Origin: Octopus vulgaris
Lineage: Eukaryota
DNA: 64,000 nt
Assembly (NCBI GenBank): GCA_951406725.2
Contig: OX597820.1
Location: 91,512,001 to 91,576,000, forward strand
Direction of reading: 5' to 3'
This document shows, piece by piece, positions 1 through 11,299 of the stretch. The notes below the pieces were generated by a model. The model searched no databases, was not told the origin of the DNA, and saw only the letters and a program-made list of their open reading frames with translations. Made by a program: the position numbers and the translations under genes. The first letter of the stretch is position 1. The number at the start of each line of letters is the position of its first letter.

Positions 1-73
1 TCTGGAGTATACTGAGGCTTATTTTTGAAAAATAATGAAGACCACTTTAAAAAAAAAACAACTTTCCAATATA

Positions 74-494
74 TATTTCTTTTCTACCCACAGGGGGGGG
101 GGGCTAAACATAGAGGGGGCAAACAAGGACAGACAAAGGGATTAGGTGATTACATCGATCCCAGTGAGAAACTGGTACTTTATTTATTGACCTCGAAAGG
201 ATGAAAGGCTAAGTCGACCTCGGCGGAATTTGAACTGAGAACGTAACGACAGACGAAATGCCTATTTCTTTACTACTCACAGGGGGCTAAACACAGAGAG
301 GACAAACAAGGACAGGGAAACGGATTAGGTCGATTATATCAACCGCAGTGCGTAACTGGTACTTGATTTATCGAGCCCGAAATGATGAAAGGCAAAGTCG
401 ACCTCGGCGGAATTTGAACTCAGAACGTAACGACAGACGAAATACCGCTAAGCATTTCGACCGGCGCGTAACGTTTCTGCCAGCTCGCCGCCTT
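74..494 (-). mobile_element. tRNA-derived SINE family A (octopus OK-like, Nin-type central domain), head-to-tail dimer with 17-bp TSD
   Basis: Minus strand begins GGCGGCGAGCTGGCAGAAACGTTA...GAGTTCAAATTCC (A/B-box-like), then GTCGACTTTGCCTTTCATC. The body is repeated twice. AACAACTTTCCAATATA flanks it at 57-73 and 495-511. Confidence 0.9.
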
Positions 495-3400
495 AACAAC
501 TTTCCAATATAGTAAACAGAGGCGACATATGTCTACAAACTTTTACCTACTTTGCATACCTTTAACATAAAATGTTTCTAGTTATCAAGCCATATAAGTT
601 ATATTCAACTTATACGCAATAAAATTATGAAATGAATACCTATCAAAATAACTGGTATCAGATCTATCAAGCATACATTACGTATACTAACGTACAACTC
701 CAAATAACTTGTAATAAATATATGCATGTAAATATTGAAGGAGTTTTGATTTTAAAGTATTGAAACATTAGAACTGGAACACGTTATTCGGTTACATTAA
801 ATTATAATGAAAGAATGATTTTTCACAATTGACTGAAGAATCTTTTCCAACAATCAAATCGAATAATTTAATCGTCAATCAGTGGAATATTTTCATTGAT
901 AATTGCAGTTTCCAAGATTGAAAATAATGGATCCACACAACCATAATAATTTCCACGCTCTACACACCTTCAAATGATTATGAAGTTCATATTTGTGAAA
1001 ATTCAACGATGTAGCTGCAAATGTATATCTTAGATAAGCTTAAAAGGCATTCCGACAAAAACTTGAATTTTATATTTTACAATATGAAACATGCTATTTC
1101 ATTAATTATGTCTAGAAATATGTGTTCGATCTTATATTAACTATACAATAGGAACTATCATGCATAATGTTGTGTCAGAAAAATTTTAGTTAAAGAGTTT
1201 TCTTTGAAATTAGTACACAAAACTCCCAGTGAGAGTGTTTCGAACATAACGAGAATCAAAGCAGATTCTTTGTAAACGGACACTCAATCAAGTATTTTTT
1301 GGAAAAATATAGACGACACAAAAGATAGTGGATTTTCTTCTTTCTTTAAAATGCATGTTTGAGCCATATCAGATCTACTCAGCAAATCATAATTTACTCA
1401 TTTTCCAAGACTTAGTGATCTGTGTAACTATAAACAGAACACATGATTTAACTTTAATTATAAACACCACGAGTATATCCAAGGGAAATTTCCTCAAATG
1501 ACCGTTCATTTTAATAATCAAACATCTCAGATAAGTAATCTCACAAATCGAACATTGATTCGTGCTATCACTAAATAAATGATTCTAATGCAAAAACACC
1601 ACTGTAAGAGGAACTGTATTTTGGTAATAAAATACAAACTCTAAAGAACTTCATAATCACATGTGTAATATACAGAACATTCTCGATGATTACAAATTGT
1701 CTTTCAATAAATATATTTAGATTTAAAAGAAAAAGTAAAATCAAGCATTATTAGCAACGTAAAATGTTAACACGCCCATAAGAAAAATTATGAAAGAAAA
1801 TATAAACCAGTTGGCCGTGGGCAACACCCATAAAACCAGCTCAAAATTTCCAATCAAGTGAAATAAATAAAATAACAAATCACATCAATAAATACAGCAA
1901 TTTTCAACTGACGATTAAGGTCACGTGAAATGCAAGTTGCTAGAACGGAACTCAGTTTTAATAAGCCATACATTCCGCAATGAATACTTGTTGTCATTTC
2001 CTGTGTTTTTCATAAAATTTGGACATTTGAATGCAATAAACTCTATACACATGTCCACACAATCACATACATATGCACCCACGCATATTCCATTCATATG
2101 TATATATACAAATATATATGTATACATCTACTTACCCATTAATTTGTTAGTTCCTCTCTTTATATATATATATGTGTGCGCGTGTGTATGTGTGTGTATG
2201 CGTGCGTGTGTATAAAAAGAAAATATCCGCTTATCTTAACAGTTTTTCAAGCCAATGACATGGAGGAATGGTGTTCCGCTCCATTTTGGTTAAAACATAG
2301 AAGGAAATACATTCTTACACATATACATACATATATGCATACATACATATATACGTACGTACGCACATCTCTACAAACATGCATACATACATACTCACAG
2401 ACATGCACTGACTGACTGACTAACATGCCAAATACTAATCTTGTTCACACAAGGTGGCGTTCAAGTTTCCTAAATAGGCTGCGGTGACGATCTTCTAATG
2501 AAGCATACGTCCTAGATTTGCATTATTTATAGGTTGTTTGTGCACGCTCAATAGATATTTTCCATAAAGTTGGTTTTTGTTAATGAATATTATTTACATA
2601 ATATTATATCTTTGTTTTGAATTCCCGTTTTGTATAGTAAATCTCTAAATTCCTAAATTTCTTATATATGGTTGTAGCATCAAGGGACAACACATTTTGT
2701 AATTAGTTCTTGCCTATAAATCCATGCAAACTGTCGGATCTATTTTTGTTGCTGTTCCAGAATTCGCCCGACAACATAAATGTCTCTTGTCAATGTAATA
2801 AGAACGAAAGTAAATTGTTTGTATTGAGTCGGAAAGTACATTGACATGTGACGATAAAATTACGGCCAACTCATCTATAATCAAATACTTAAGTTATTAA
2901 TTAATCATAAAACTGAGGCAAACTACAACCAATGCATTCTGCAAGTGCGCTGCATTATTGGCACCCACGTCCATATAATATACTTTCCAGGAGATGCAGT
3001 TTCTGCACCGAAGAATCCCAGTCTATATTGTGGACTACTGTGAAGTTCATTAATAGAATTTCTGACTCTCAAGAGGCTTGAAGGATTATAAATGCAATTT
3101 TGCACAATGAAGTAGGGATGAATTTAAGCAATTGTTAACTAAATTAATAAGTATAATTTACTTTAAGGTATGGATAAAATAAATTTAACTCTAGCCTTGC
3201 CATTTTTATAAACACTAAGAAAATATTTAATTCGCTGTGTGAGCGTATTTGCACCAAACCATGCTTGTATTATATCTTCATGGATGTTTGTACAAGCGAG
3301 TATACGTGAGCCATACAATCTAAGAGAGGACGTTTATACAGCTAAATCTGTTAACGATAATATTTAATACTTTTTCGCTGTATCATGTATTCGTTTCTTT

Positions 3401-3639
3401 TCGGAACTGTTATTTTTTATTGATTTTCTTTAAAAATTAAGCTGTATCACATTATTTGCTGATTTTTTAATACGAAAAAAAAAACCACAAGAATAATCTT
3501 GCAGAACTGTTCTTATTTGTACGTGATAATCACCTGAAGATGATCTATTGGCAAAAAACTAATTCCAAAATGTGTTTTCAATTGATGCTACAACCAGATA
3601 TAAGGAATTTCGAAATTTAGAGATTTACTTTAGAAAATG

Positions 3640-3945
3640 AGAATTCAAAACAACCAAAGTTATAATATTATGCAAATAATATTTATTAACAAAAACAACT
3701 TTATGGAAATCACCTGAAGAGACACAACTACACAGATGGATACTCCTAAACCAGATGCTAAGCATCCCACCCGAAAGGGATCGATGCTAGACTGGTTGAA
3801 ATAATTGTCGTGATTAATAAACATTCTCGTATCTTTCATCTTCCGTCTCTCTCATTCATATCAAATACCTAACAAACACGGTGAAAGTGAATGTGCTTTA
3901 CCGGTAAGCCACCTGGTGTATACCATAAGATTTATCCGCCAATTA
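3640..3945 (+). mobile_element. short hammerhead-containing element, probably a Penelope-like pLTR fragment, ending at (TA)n/(TG)n
   Basis: Contains a hammerhead motif (3708-3815) followed directly by AATAAA, and ends at a TA microsatellite. Boundaries are approximate. Confidence 0.55.
3708..3815 (+). ncRNA. type I hammerhead ribozyme-like motif with expanded stem II
   Basis: Stem I AATCAC(3708-3713)/GTGATT(3810-3815); CTGAAGA 3714-3720; GAAA 3798-3801; minimal stem III ATAATTGT; GTC cleavage triplet 3807-3809. Confidence 0.65.
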
Positions 3946-4116
3946 TATATATATGTGTGTGTGTGTATGTATACACTTCCTACTTACCTTCATATTGCGA
4001 AAAGATGCAGTATTTTAATTGCGCATTTTAATTTTATCGCCTCACTGATATACAACGAGGGCAAAAATATATCGAAGTAATTGTATTAATTTTAAAAAAG
4101 ATTGTCTTTGAATCCA

Positions 4117-4119
<3 letters not shown>

Positions 4120-4192
<73 letters not shown>
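4120..4192. repeat. (CT)n microsatellite
   Basis: Direct inspection. Confidence 0.95.
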
Positions 4193-5079
4193 AATGTTAT
4201 AATAAAAACCGCAAATCTTGTTAAATACATCTACCCAGAGTTTTCTGGTTCAAATGATAATTTTGCCATTTTTCAAGTTCAGAACAAGAATATTTATCAG
4301 TTGTTTTTTGAGCAGTTTATTTTAAGCAAGAAACGCCTATAAGTAGACAAGAATAAAAACACAAGGGAGATAATCAACTTTACACTTATTCGATGCAAGC
4401 CGATGTAAACAGGATGTTAATGGTCCACTAAGTTTCCTGTGGTTTACTTCTTAATCCGGACAAGATGTATTTCTTAAAATGTGGATATAATGAAAAATCT
4501 TTTTGTTTGAAATTTATGTATCCCTTGGAGGTCCTCAAGAGATTTAATTTTTCAGCAGAATATACTGATTACTTTTGAAACCAGCGTCTTTGGTTTAAAT
4601 ATATTCTGCTAAAAAGACATTTAATAAAGGTCTTGATTTTGGCTTGGAAAACGGCGAAATGAATTATCATTTCGACCAGGAAACTCTGGATAGCTGTATT
4701 TAACAGGATTTGTCGTTTTATATTAGAATACTATCTTTACTCTCTTAGTTGATCGACTGTTTTTCTTTTTTTTGGAAGCCTTAATACATGATATATTTAT
4801 ATGTAGACAAACATAGGCAGAGACATACAGACTCGTATAGTACTAAATATAGAATATGAGGAGAAATACACAATGCAAAAGAGAGTGCAAGATTTTATTT
4901 ATCCAGTTGAGTTTTACGTTATTCATTAGGTGTCTTGTTTACACTATCGTTCAGATGACAGTTTTATGCCGTCTGAAGAAGCTTGTAAACGCAAAATTTG
5001 GAAACCTCATACGAGTTTATGTACTTATGAGTTTGCAATTCAATATTCATAGAAAATTGTCAAAGGAGATGAAAATATT

Positions 5080-5540
5080 CTTTTCAACTCATCCGGAAAG
5101 GATGAAAGTCAAAGTCGACTCAGAACGTAGCGGCAGACGAAATAGCTATTTCTTTACTACCCACAAGGGACTAAACACAGAGAGGACAAACAAGGACAGA
5201 CAAACGGATTAAGTCGATCATATCGACCCCAGCGCGTAACTGGTACTTATTTAATCGACCCCGAAAGGATGAAAGACAAAGTCGACCTCGGCGGAATTTG
5301 AACTCAGAACGTAGCGACAGACGAAATACTGCTAGGCATTTCGGCCGGTGTGCTGACGTCTCTGCCAGGTCGCCACCTGAGGCGTATAAAAATATTCTTT
5401 TCTACTCTAAGCACAAGGCCCGAAATTTGTGGGGAGAGTGTCAGTCGATTAGCTCGACCTCAGTACACAACTGGTACTTAATTGATCGACCCCGAAAGGA
5501 TAAAGGGCAAAGTCCACCTCGGCGGAATTTGAACTTAGGA
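5080..5540 (-). mobile_element. cluster of SINE family A copies (partial dimer 5089-5378 plus 5'-truncated copy about 5396-5540)
   Basis: Repeated GAAAGGATGAAAGGCAAAGTCGACCTCGGCGGAATTTGAACTC-type motifs as at 74-494, with the same dimer junction at about 5137-5160. Confidence 0.88.
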
Positions 5541-5775
5541 GTATGAAAATATTGTAACATTTGTGTACTTGTGAAGCTATACATACTATTTGTCATACTT
5601 TCTCTTGTATATTATGTCTAAAGAGCAAATAAACAATTGAAAGTTAGTTTTTAAACACTTCACTTCTATTGATTTTACCCTCATTACATTCTGTCGAAAA
5701 TCTTACCACCTGAATAACGTACAAGTGTTCGTTTTGCCTATTTAAAGATAAATAACGATGTAGTTAAAGACAGCC

Positions 5776-5779
<4 letters not shown>

Positions 5780-5835
<56 letters not shown>
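5780..5835. repeat. (TA)n microsatellite
   Basis: Direct inspection. Confidence 0.95.
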
Positions 5836-5840
<5 letters not shown>

Positions 5841-5864
5841 GGTTTGGAGGTGTTGTACAGATAT

Positions 5865-6126
5865 TATATATTAGAAGAAATAAGGTACTAAGAAAATTGG
5901 ATGATTTTAAATTTATAGATTTTTATTGATATGTTACAAGTTTTTATATATCAGGTATCAGCACTTGCATCTACTCTAGTAGAATCTCCAGATTCTCAAA
6001 ATCTCGAGATTCTACTAGAGTAGATGCAAGCGCTAATATATGATTTATAAAAACATGTGACATATTAATAAAAATCTAAATGTAAACCATCCAGATTTGT
6101 GAGTATCTTATTTCTTCTAATATATA
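5865..6126. repeat. long imperfect inverted repeat (about 125-bp arms, about 5-nt loop)
   Basis: TTAGAAGAAATAAGGTAC...CTTGCATCTACTCTAGTAGAATCTC on the left is mirrored by GAGATTCTACTAGAGTAGATGCAAG...GTATCTTATTTCTTCTAA on the right. Confidence 0.9.
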
Positions 6127-8348
6127 TATTTATATACAGAGAAAGAGAGATCAGAGGGAGATACATACATGCATATATGTATCTATATGTATATACGTAT
6201 ATATATATATATGTATGTGTGTGTATGTATGTGTGTATGTATAAAGCTACAAATGATTCAGGTAAAAAAAAAACCTTGTAGAACGCTATGCAATGCAAAA
6301 CTCATCGAATGTTATTGGCTAGCGGGTGTAATCAAACAGTGGAAATGCTGCTGCTACTAAATATACATAAGGAGCACCATAGTATCCGTTCAACTAATAT
6401 AAATTCGTTTCCCATTATATCTCTCTCTTGCACTCTCTATCACACACTCTCTCTCACTCTCTATCACACACTCTCTCTCACTCTCAATATCTCGATATAC
6501 ATATGTATGATGTATGTCCGTGTGTCAGTTATCTAAGAGCCATTAGGACATCAAAGAAAACACTTGACTAGCGTATTGCCTACTGGTAAACAACACCATA
6601 GAGTTGCGAAGCTTATTTGCTTAACCAAACATTTTATCATCTTTCTTACTATTACATTTTGGCAAAAATAGAAGACACGCCTACTACCAGCACTGTAATA
6701 CCTTTGTAATACTGCAGCATTGTAAAAAACGAAATGGGTGTAAAAGTTGGATGTGCATTTTGTGGATATCATTTATTGTTGAAACACAATGCTGGTTTCA
6801 CTAATGTCTGCTATCATAATGCGTACTAAGTGTTGAGATCCTCTATCCTGAATTCTCGAACTTTTAAACGGGTGGCAGCGAATATAAATATTGGTTTCCT
6901 TTTAAATGTATTAATGTATAAAATTGTGAGTTGCATCATCTTAAGAAAAATCCATTACGGAGACGGCTAATAAGATATACACTTTTTTTCTTTATTTCGT
7001 TTCCCTACTTTATTTCAGCTGTAAGCTCGACTTGGTCGTTTCGTTATCGTTTTTAAATGTGTCATTTATTAGGGTTTTACGCCAGCTTGTCCGGGAATAA
7101 TTTGTCATTGTTGCGTTTAGTTCTAAGATGAATATAAAGAACGTACACATTTATTTTTGTTATGTTAATGAAGTTACTGTATACATTTAAGGCTGGTTGC
7201 GAGTTCAAACTAGATTATTGAATTAATATAGAACATGCAATTACACAATATAATCTAATTGACGTATTACCGTTAAGCATATAATCGCATAATATTATCA
7301 AATATTGTTAACTTCATGGATTTATTTATCTAACTTCATAGATTTATTTTCGTATGATAATGATGAAGTACATTTCTACACATATTAAAATTACTTCCAT
7401 TTAATTCATAACATTTTTGAAACTTCAGGATATTATATTGATTATCTATGCTGTAGAAACACAATTTTTTCTACTGTCATTTATGAGTTTTAAGTTATTC
7501 TCTTTAAGAACGACTTCTACGCTGTGATATATATCTTCTGAAGTATATATATTTTAAGAGTGCCAATATAAAATTATTTTCTTATAAAATACAGCAAAGA
7601 AATAAAAGCGAAAATGAACTTACATTGGATCTTTGCACTTTTAATTAACGGAATTTTAAGATGCAAGCTAAATTGAATTGCTGTAAAAGCATTCAAAAAT
7701 ATCTTTTTTCTATGTTTTATATGGATCAATACAAAACTTTCGTGCGGTAGACCCGAGACAGAAGATATTAATAAATCTTTTACTATAAATCATAGAAAAT
7801 CAATCAAAATATCTAATATTGATAATGGACAAAATATATTGATGCAATGTTAATTGCGTCACATTTAATAAATAACTGAAAATAAAAGGTATATACAGGT
7901 ATTAACTGGGATAAATTGTTATTAAATCTTCTAATCTTATGGTATAACGTTGTATAACAGGTATTAACATAACTGGAGAAACTGCGATCAAGTAAGATAT
8001 ACATCCGGAAGATACAGATATGACACACCGTCAATGTGGACAAAACGTGAATTGCAATCTAACATATAGAAAGTAAATGGCAATATTAGCCCTTATCAAG
8101 AAGGGTTTACATACTTATTGAACAAAATAAGTATTATTGTAATCTTCCAACTTATTTAAGACTTAATCGTCCAAGGAATCTTGTCTAATATTATATTATA
8201 TTTGAGAATACACCTGGTTTATCAATAAATTGAACTAATACGCAAAGACACTACAGCCATACACATAAGGATTAAAACTCTATTTTCTTCATCCCACAAC
8301 TGTATGTATATTCACTGTTCGAATTGTGATGCAGGCTGAAATGTATTA

Positions 8349-9420
8349 TACAGTGGTGATAATGCAATTATGCATGAGGCATGTTCGCACCCGTAAGAAA
8401 GCTATTCACTGTTTTTCTCATTGCCGATACCGTGTTAACACGTATTCTATTTATGCAAGTAAATGGCTGTTTCTGATTGAATTGAATTTTTCTCAGAAAA
8501 ATGATGTTGAATTAAAAATTTACGGCACAAATGTTCAGCGAACAAAAATTTATTATTAGTACCTTGTCCTATAGTCATTATCTTCAATTACGGCCTTACA
8601 ACGTCGGGACATGTTGTTCAAATAAATGAGCACAAATATCACTTGGAATGTTTTGCTATATTTCTTCAAAAAAATATATAATTAGGACAATTTTCTTGAT
8701 CTTTGAGCATTGAACTCTTTTAGAAACATAATTCCATCAATTTTCTATTTTATCCAAATCCGGGCTCTGAAGAGGCCACTCGATAAACACCATATTATTG
8801 TACTCAAAATATTGCAAAACTTTCCTAGCCTTATGAACGGGGAAATTGTCCTGCTGGAAAATAGATCCCGGTCGTATATGATTATTTAAATATGGTAGCA
8901 CATTTTCATTTACTAATTGCAGATAGCCAACACGGTTCAGTCTGCCATTAACCTTAACAAATGGACCAACACCTAAGCTGCTGAACGCGGCCTACAACAT
9001 TACACCCACCTCCCACTTGCGCTGTTTCCTTGACGCAGTTAGGATGCAACTTTTCAGTTGGACGGCGTCTAACATAAGTCTTTCTGTCTGATCCAAAGAT
9101 GCATAAATGGGATTCACCGTTTCAAAGAACTTTAGACCAATCTTCGGGCGTCCATTCAATATGTCTTTTAACTTGATCCGTTTCCAACGATTCGGCTCAG
9201 AAATTATCCGCTTCTTTCGAACCATCCGGCCAAACAGTCCAAATACTTTTCGGTTGTTTCTGACAGTTTGTGGTGTAAAGCTGATATCAGTTTTATCAGA
9301 TAATTCCTTTCAAATGTCCACTGCAGTTAGCATTCGGTTACCTTCAGAGAACCTATGAATTCGCCGATCCATCTGTACTGTTGTTTTATTCGGATTGCCT
9401 CTTCTTTACTGATATTTGTA
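8349..9420 (-). mobile_element. decayed Tc1-family (DD34E) DNA transposon
   Basis: Minus translation gives TTVQMDRRIHR...GRMVRKKR (HTH region), WTPEDWSKVL, GVML*AAFSSLGVGPFVKVNGRLN, IFQQDN-34aa-E with WPLQSPDLDKIEN, and C-terminal MSRRCKAVIEDNDYRTRY* (stop 8556-8558). TA|CAGTGG at 8349-8356 fits a Tc1 terminus. Several stops and frameshifts; second TIR not found. Confidence 0.93.
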
Positions 9421-10029
9421 TTGGCAGTTTTGGTCCATCCTATTTGCTTGCTAATGTTCATGAAGGACACATTTTGTTAATGAAGCAACACGATCATTGC
9501 TATAGTAACTGGGCTGATATTATAACACTTTCCCATAGCGAATTAATGTGTAACAATGCTTTATTACTAAACAAAATTAGTACGACTAACCATATGTCCA
9601 CACATTTGGTTTATTTACATGATCTTAAACTCATTTTCCTCACGATTTCTAATCATTTGAATTATTTGCGCATTAAAACAATTCGAATTGTAGAAAAATA
9701 TATCAAGTGAGTATCATTCGAAAGAGAAGAAATTCTATATAAACTATAAAAAGTAAAATAATTATATACAGTTTTGTTAAAAATATATTCATGTAGGAAT
9801 AGAAGGGTCATAATCGGTCTTAAACTTATCTTCACGTGAGTATAAATATTGAACATAATATAAATAAACATGCATACACACACGCACATATGTATATATA
9901 CATCAATGCACACGTTCACACGTATATATATATATATATATGTGTGTATATATAAACGCATGAGTATTCTTATACGTATAAACTGGTACATTGCCTGTAT
10001 GTGTGTGTGTAATAAATATATACACATAT

Positions 10030-10280
10030 ATATTTGTACAAAGTCAATAGACATGTTTTTCATATAAAAAAATTTAATGTACATTTAAGTACAAAGAGGC
10101 AAGCCTTAACAGGTTGCCGAACATACTAGAAAGAACAGTGAAAAAGTACAAACCACAGTTAAGAGCAATTTCGAAGAGAATGAAAAGTAAAAACATTTAC
10201 CTTGTTTTGCAGCCGGACCTCAGGTTTCGAACTTTAATAATCAAATATAATGATTTGCAAGGCGAAGTTCTCATCAGCGG
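10030..10280 (-). mobile_element. short hammerhead-containing element between TA-rich tracts (Penelope-like pLTR or retrozyme-type)
   Basis: Starts at a hammerhead motif next to (TA)n and continues as T-rich sequence to another TA-rich tract. The low-coordinate boundary is approximate. Confidence 0.55.
10213..10280 (-). ncRNA. type I hammerhead ribozyme with intact core
   Basis: Minus strand: CCG CTGATGA GAACTT [30-nt loop with CAAAT/ATTTG hairpin] AAGTTC GAAA CC TGA GG TC^ CGG. All conserved core nucleotides and all three stems are present. Confidence 0.85.
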
Positions 10281-10301
10281 ATATATATATATATTATATA
10301 T

Positions 10302-10348
<47 letters not shown>

Positions 10349-10492
10349 TATATGTAAGTTTATACATATATATATATATATATATATAGATAGATACATA
10401 CATACATACATATAAAGATATAGATATGTTTGTATTGTGTATGTATATATAAATATATATGTAAGTTTATATATATATATAAACATATATAT
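10281..10492. repeat. compound (TA)n-rich microsatellite with internal duplication
   Basis: Direct inspection; TATAAATATATATGTAAGTTTATA occurs twice. Confidence 0.9.
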
Positions 10493-11088
10493 GCAAGTGC
10501 TTGTGTATGCATGTAATCTCATACACCAAAGCATTCAAACATTAATTGAGGAAGACCATTGAATGCAGAATTTTAAATGTATTTTTATAAGGAAAAGATT
10601 AGCAATGATTTCGAAGATTTACTGAAGATTTGATTTTCATATATTTATGTACTTCTGTATCTAATCTAAATAATTAACCTTATGATGTATCCGCATTCTG
10701 TATATAGCCGTATGGTGACAAAAGTATGTATGTTTGTGGGTATGTGTGTGTATTGATTCGTATGTGTTTCTATTCTGCCTATTAAATTAATGCTATTCAA
10801 ATCATAGATGGTAGTAATTTTGGAGCATCCAGAAAATGTAATTAAACTAAAATTAATAAATGTCTGTAAATGGGTACTGACTCCAATATTGATAAATGTT
10901 ATATTCAATTGAAGATTAGTTTTAAATAAACAAAACAGTATTTTCCTTCATTTTTCTGTTCTCGTTTATCTATTTAAATGTATGAATTTAAAATCATTTT
11001 ACTTTAGGTTCTCATTTTGCGAAAATATATCCATACAATTTAGTAATACGCCAATAAAAATTAATTGCTAATTTGTTTACTAATATTG

Positions 11089-11299
11089 GTTTCAAATTTT
11101 GACTCAAGGATAGCAATTTCAGGCATGGGTCAAGTCGATTAGATCGACCTCAGTGCTAAACTCAAACTTATTTTCTTATCTCCAAAAGGGCGAAAGGCAA
11201 AGTCGACTACGGTGGCATTTATGCTCAGAACACAATGTCGGACGAAATGCCGCCAGGCATCCTTTCCGGCGCGCAAACGATTCTACCATCTCACTTCCT
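11089..11299 (-). mobile_element. SINE family A, full-length diverged copy with 20-bp TSD
   Basis: GGCGAAAGGCAAAGTCGAC core; TAATTTGTTTACTAATATTG at 11069-11088 and 11300-11319. Confidence 0.88.

Noticed and set aside
1921-2415. Many 60-150 aa ORFs rich in YI/CV/HT/ER (also at 9662-10534, 12970-13518, 19869-20167, 36002-36295, 42623-43214, 52119-52847, 56048-56344)
   Set aside because: They are translations of dinucleotide and tetranucleotide microsatellites.
2923-3105. 60-aa minus ORF in unique sequence
   Set aside because: No recognisable motif or splice support; the length is expected by chance.
4970-5010. CTGAAGAAGC...GCAAAA hammerhead-like word
   Set aside because: The GAAA core is broken and stems I and III are absent.
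6985-7026. Strong pyrimidine tract and CAG followed 2 nt later by GTAAGC
   Set aside because: A 2-nt exon is implausible and no good downstream donor gives a supportable exon.
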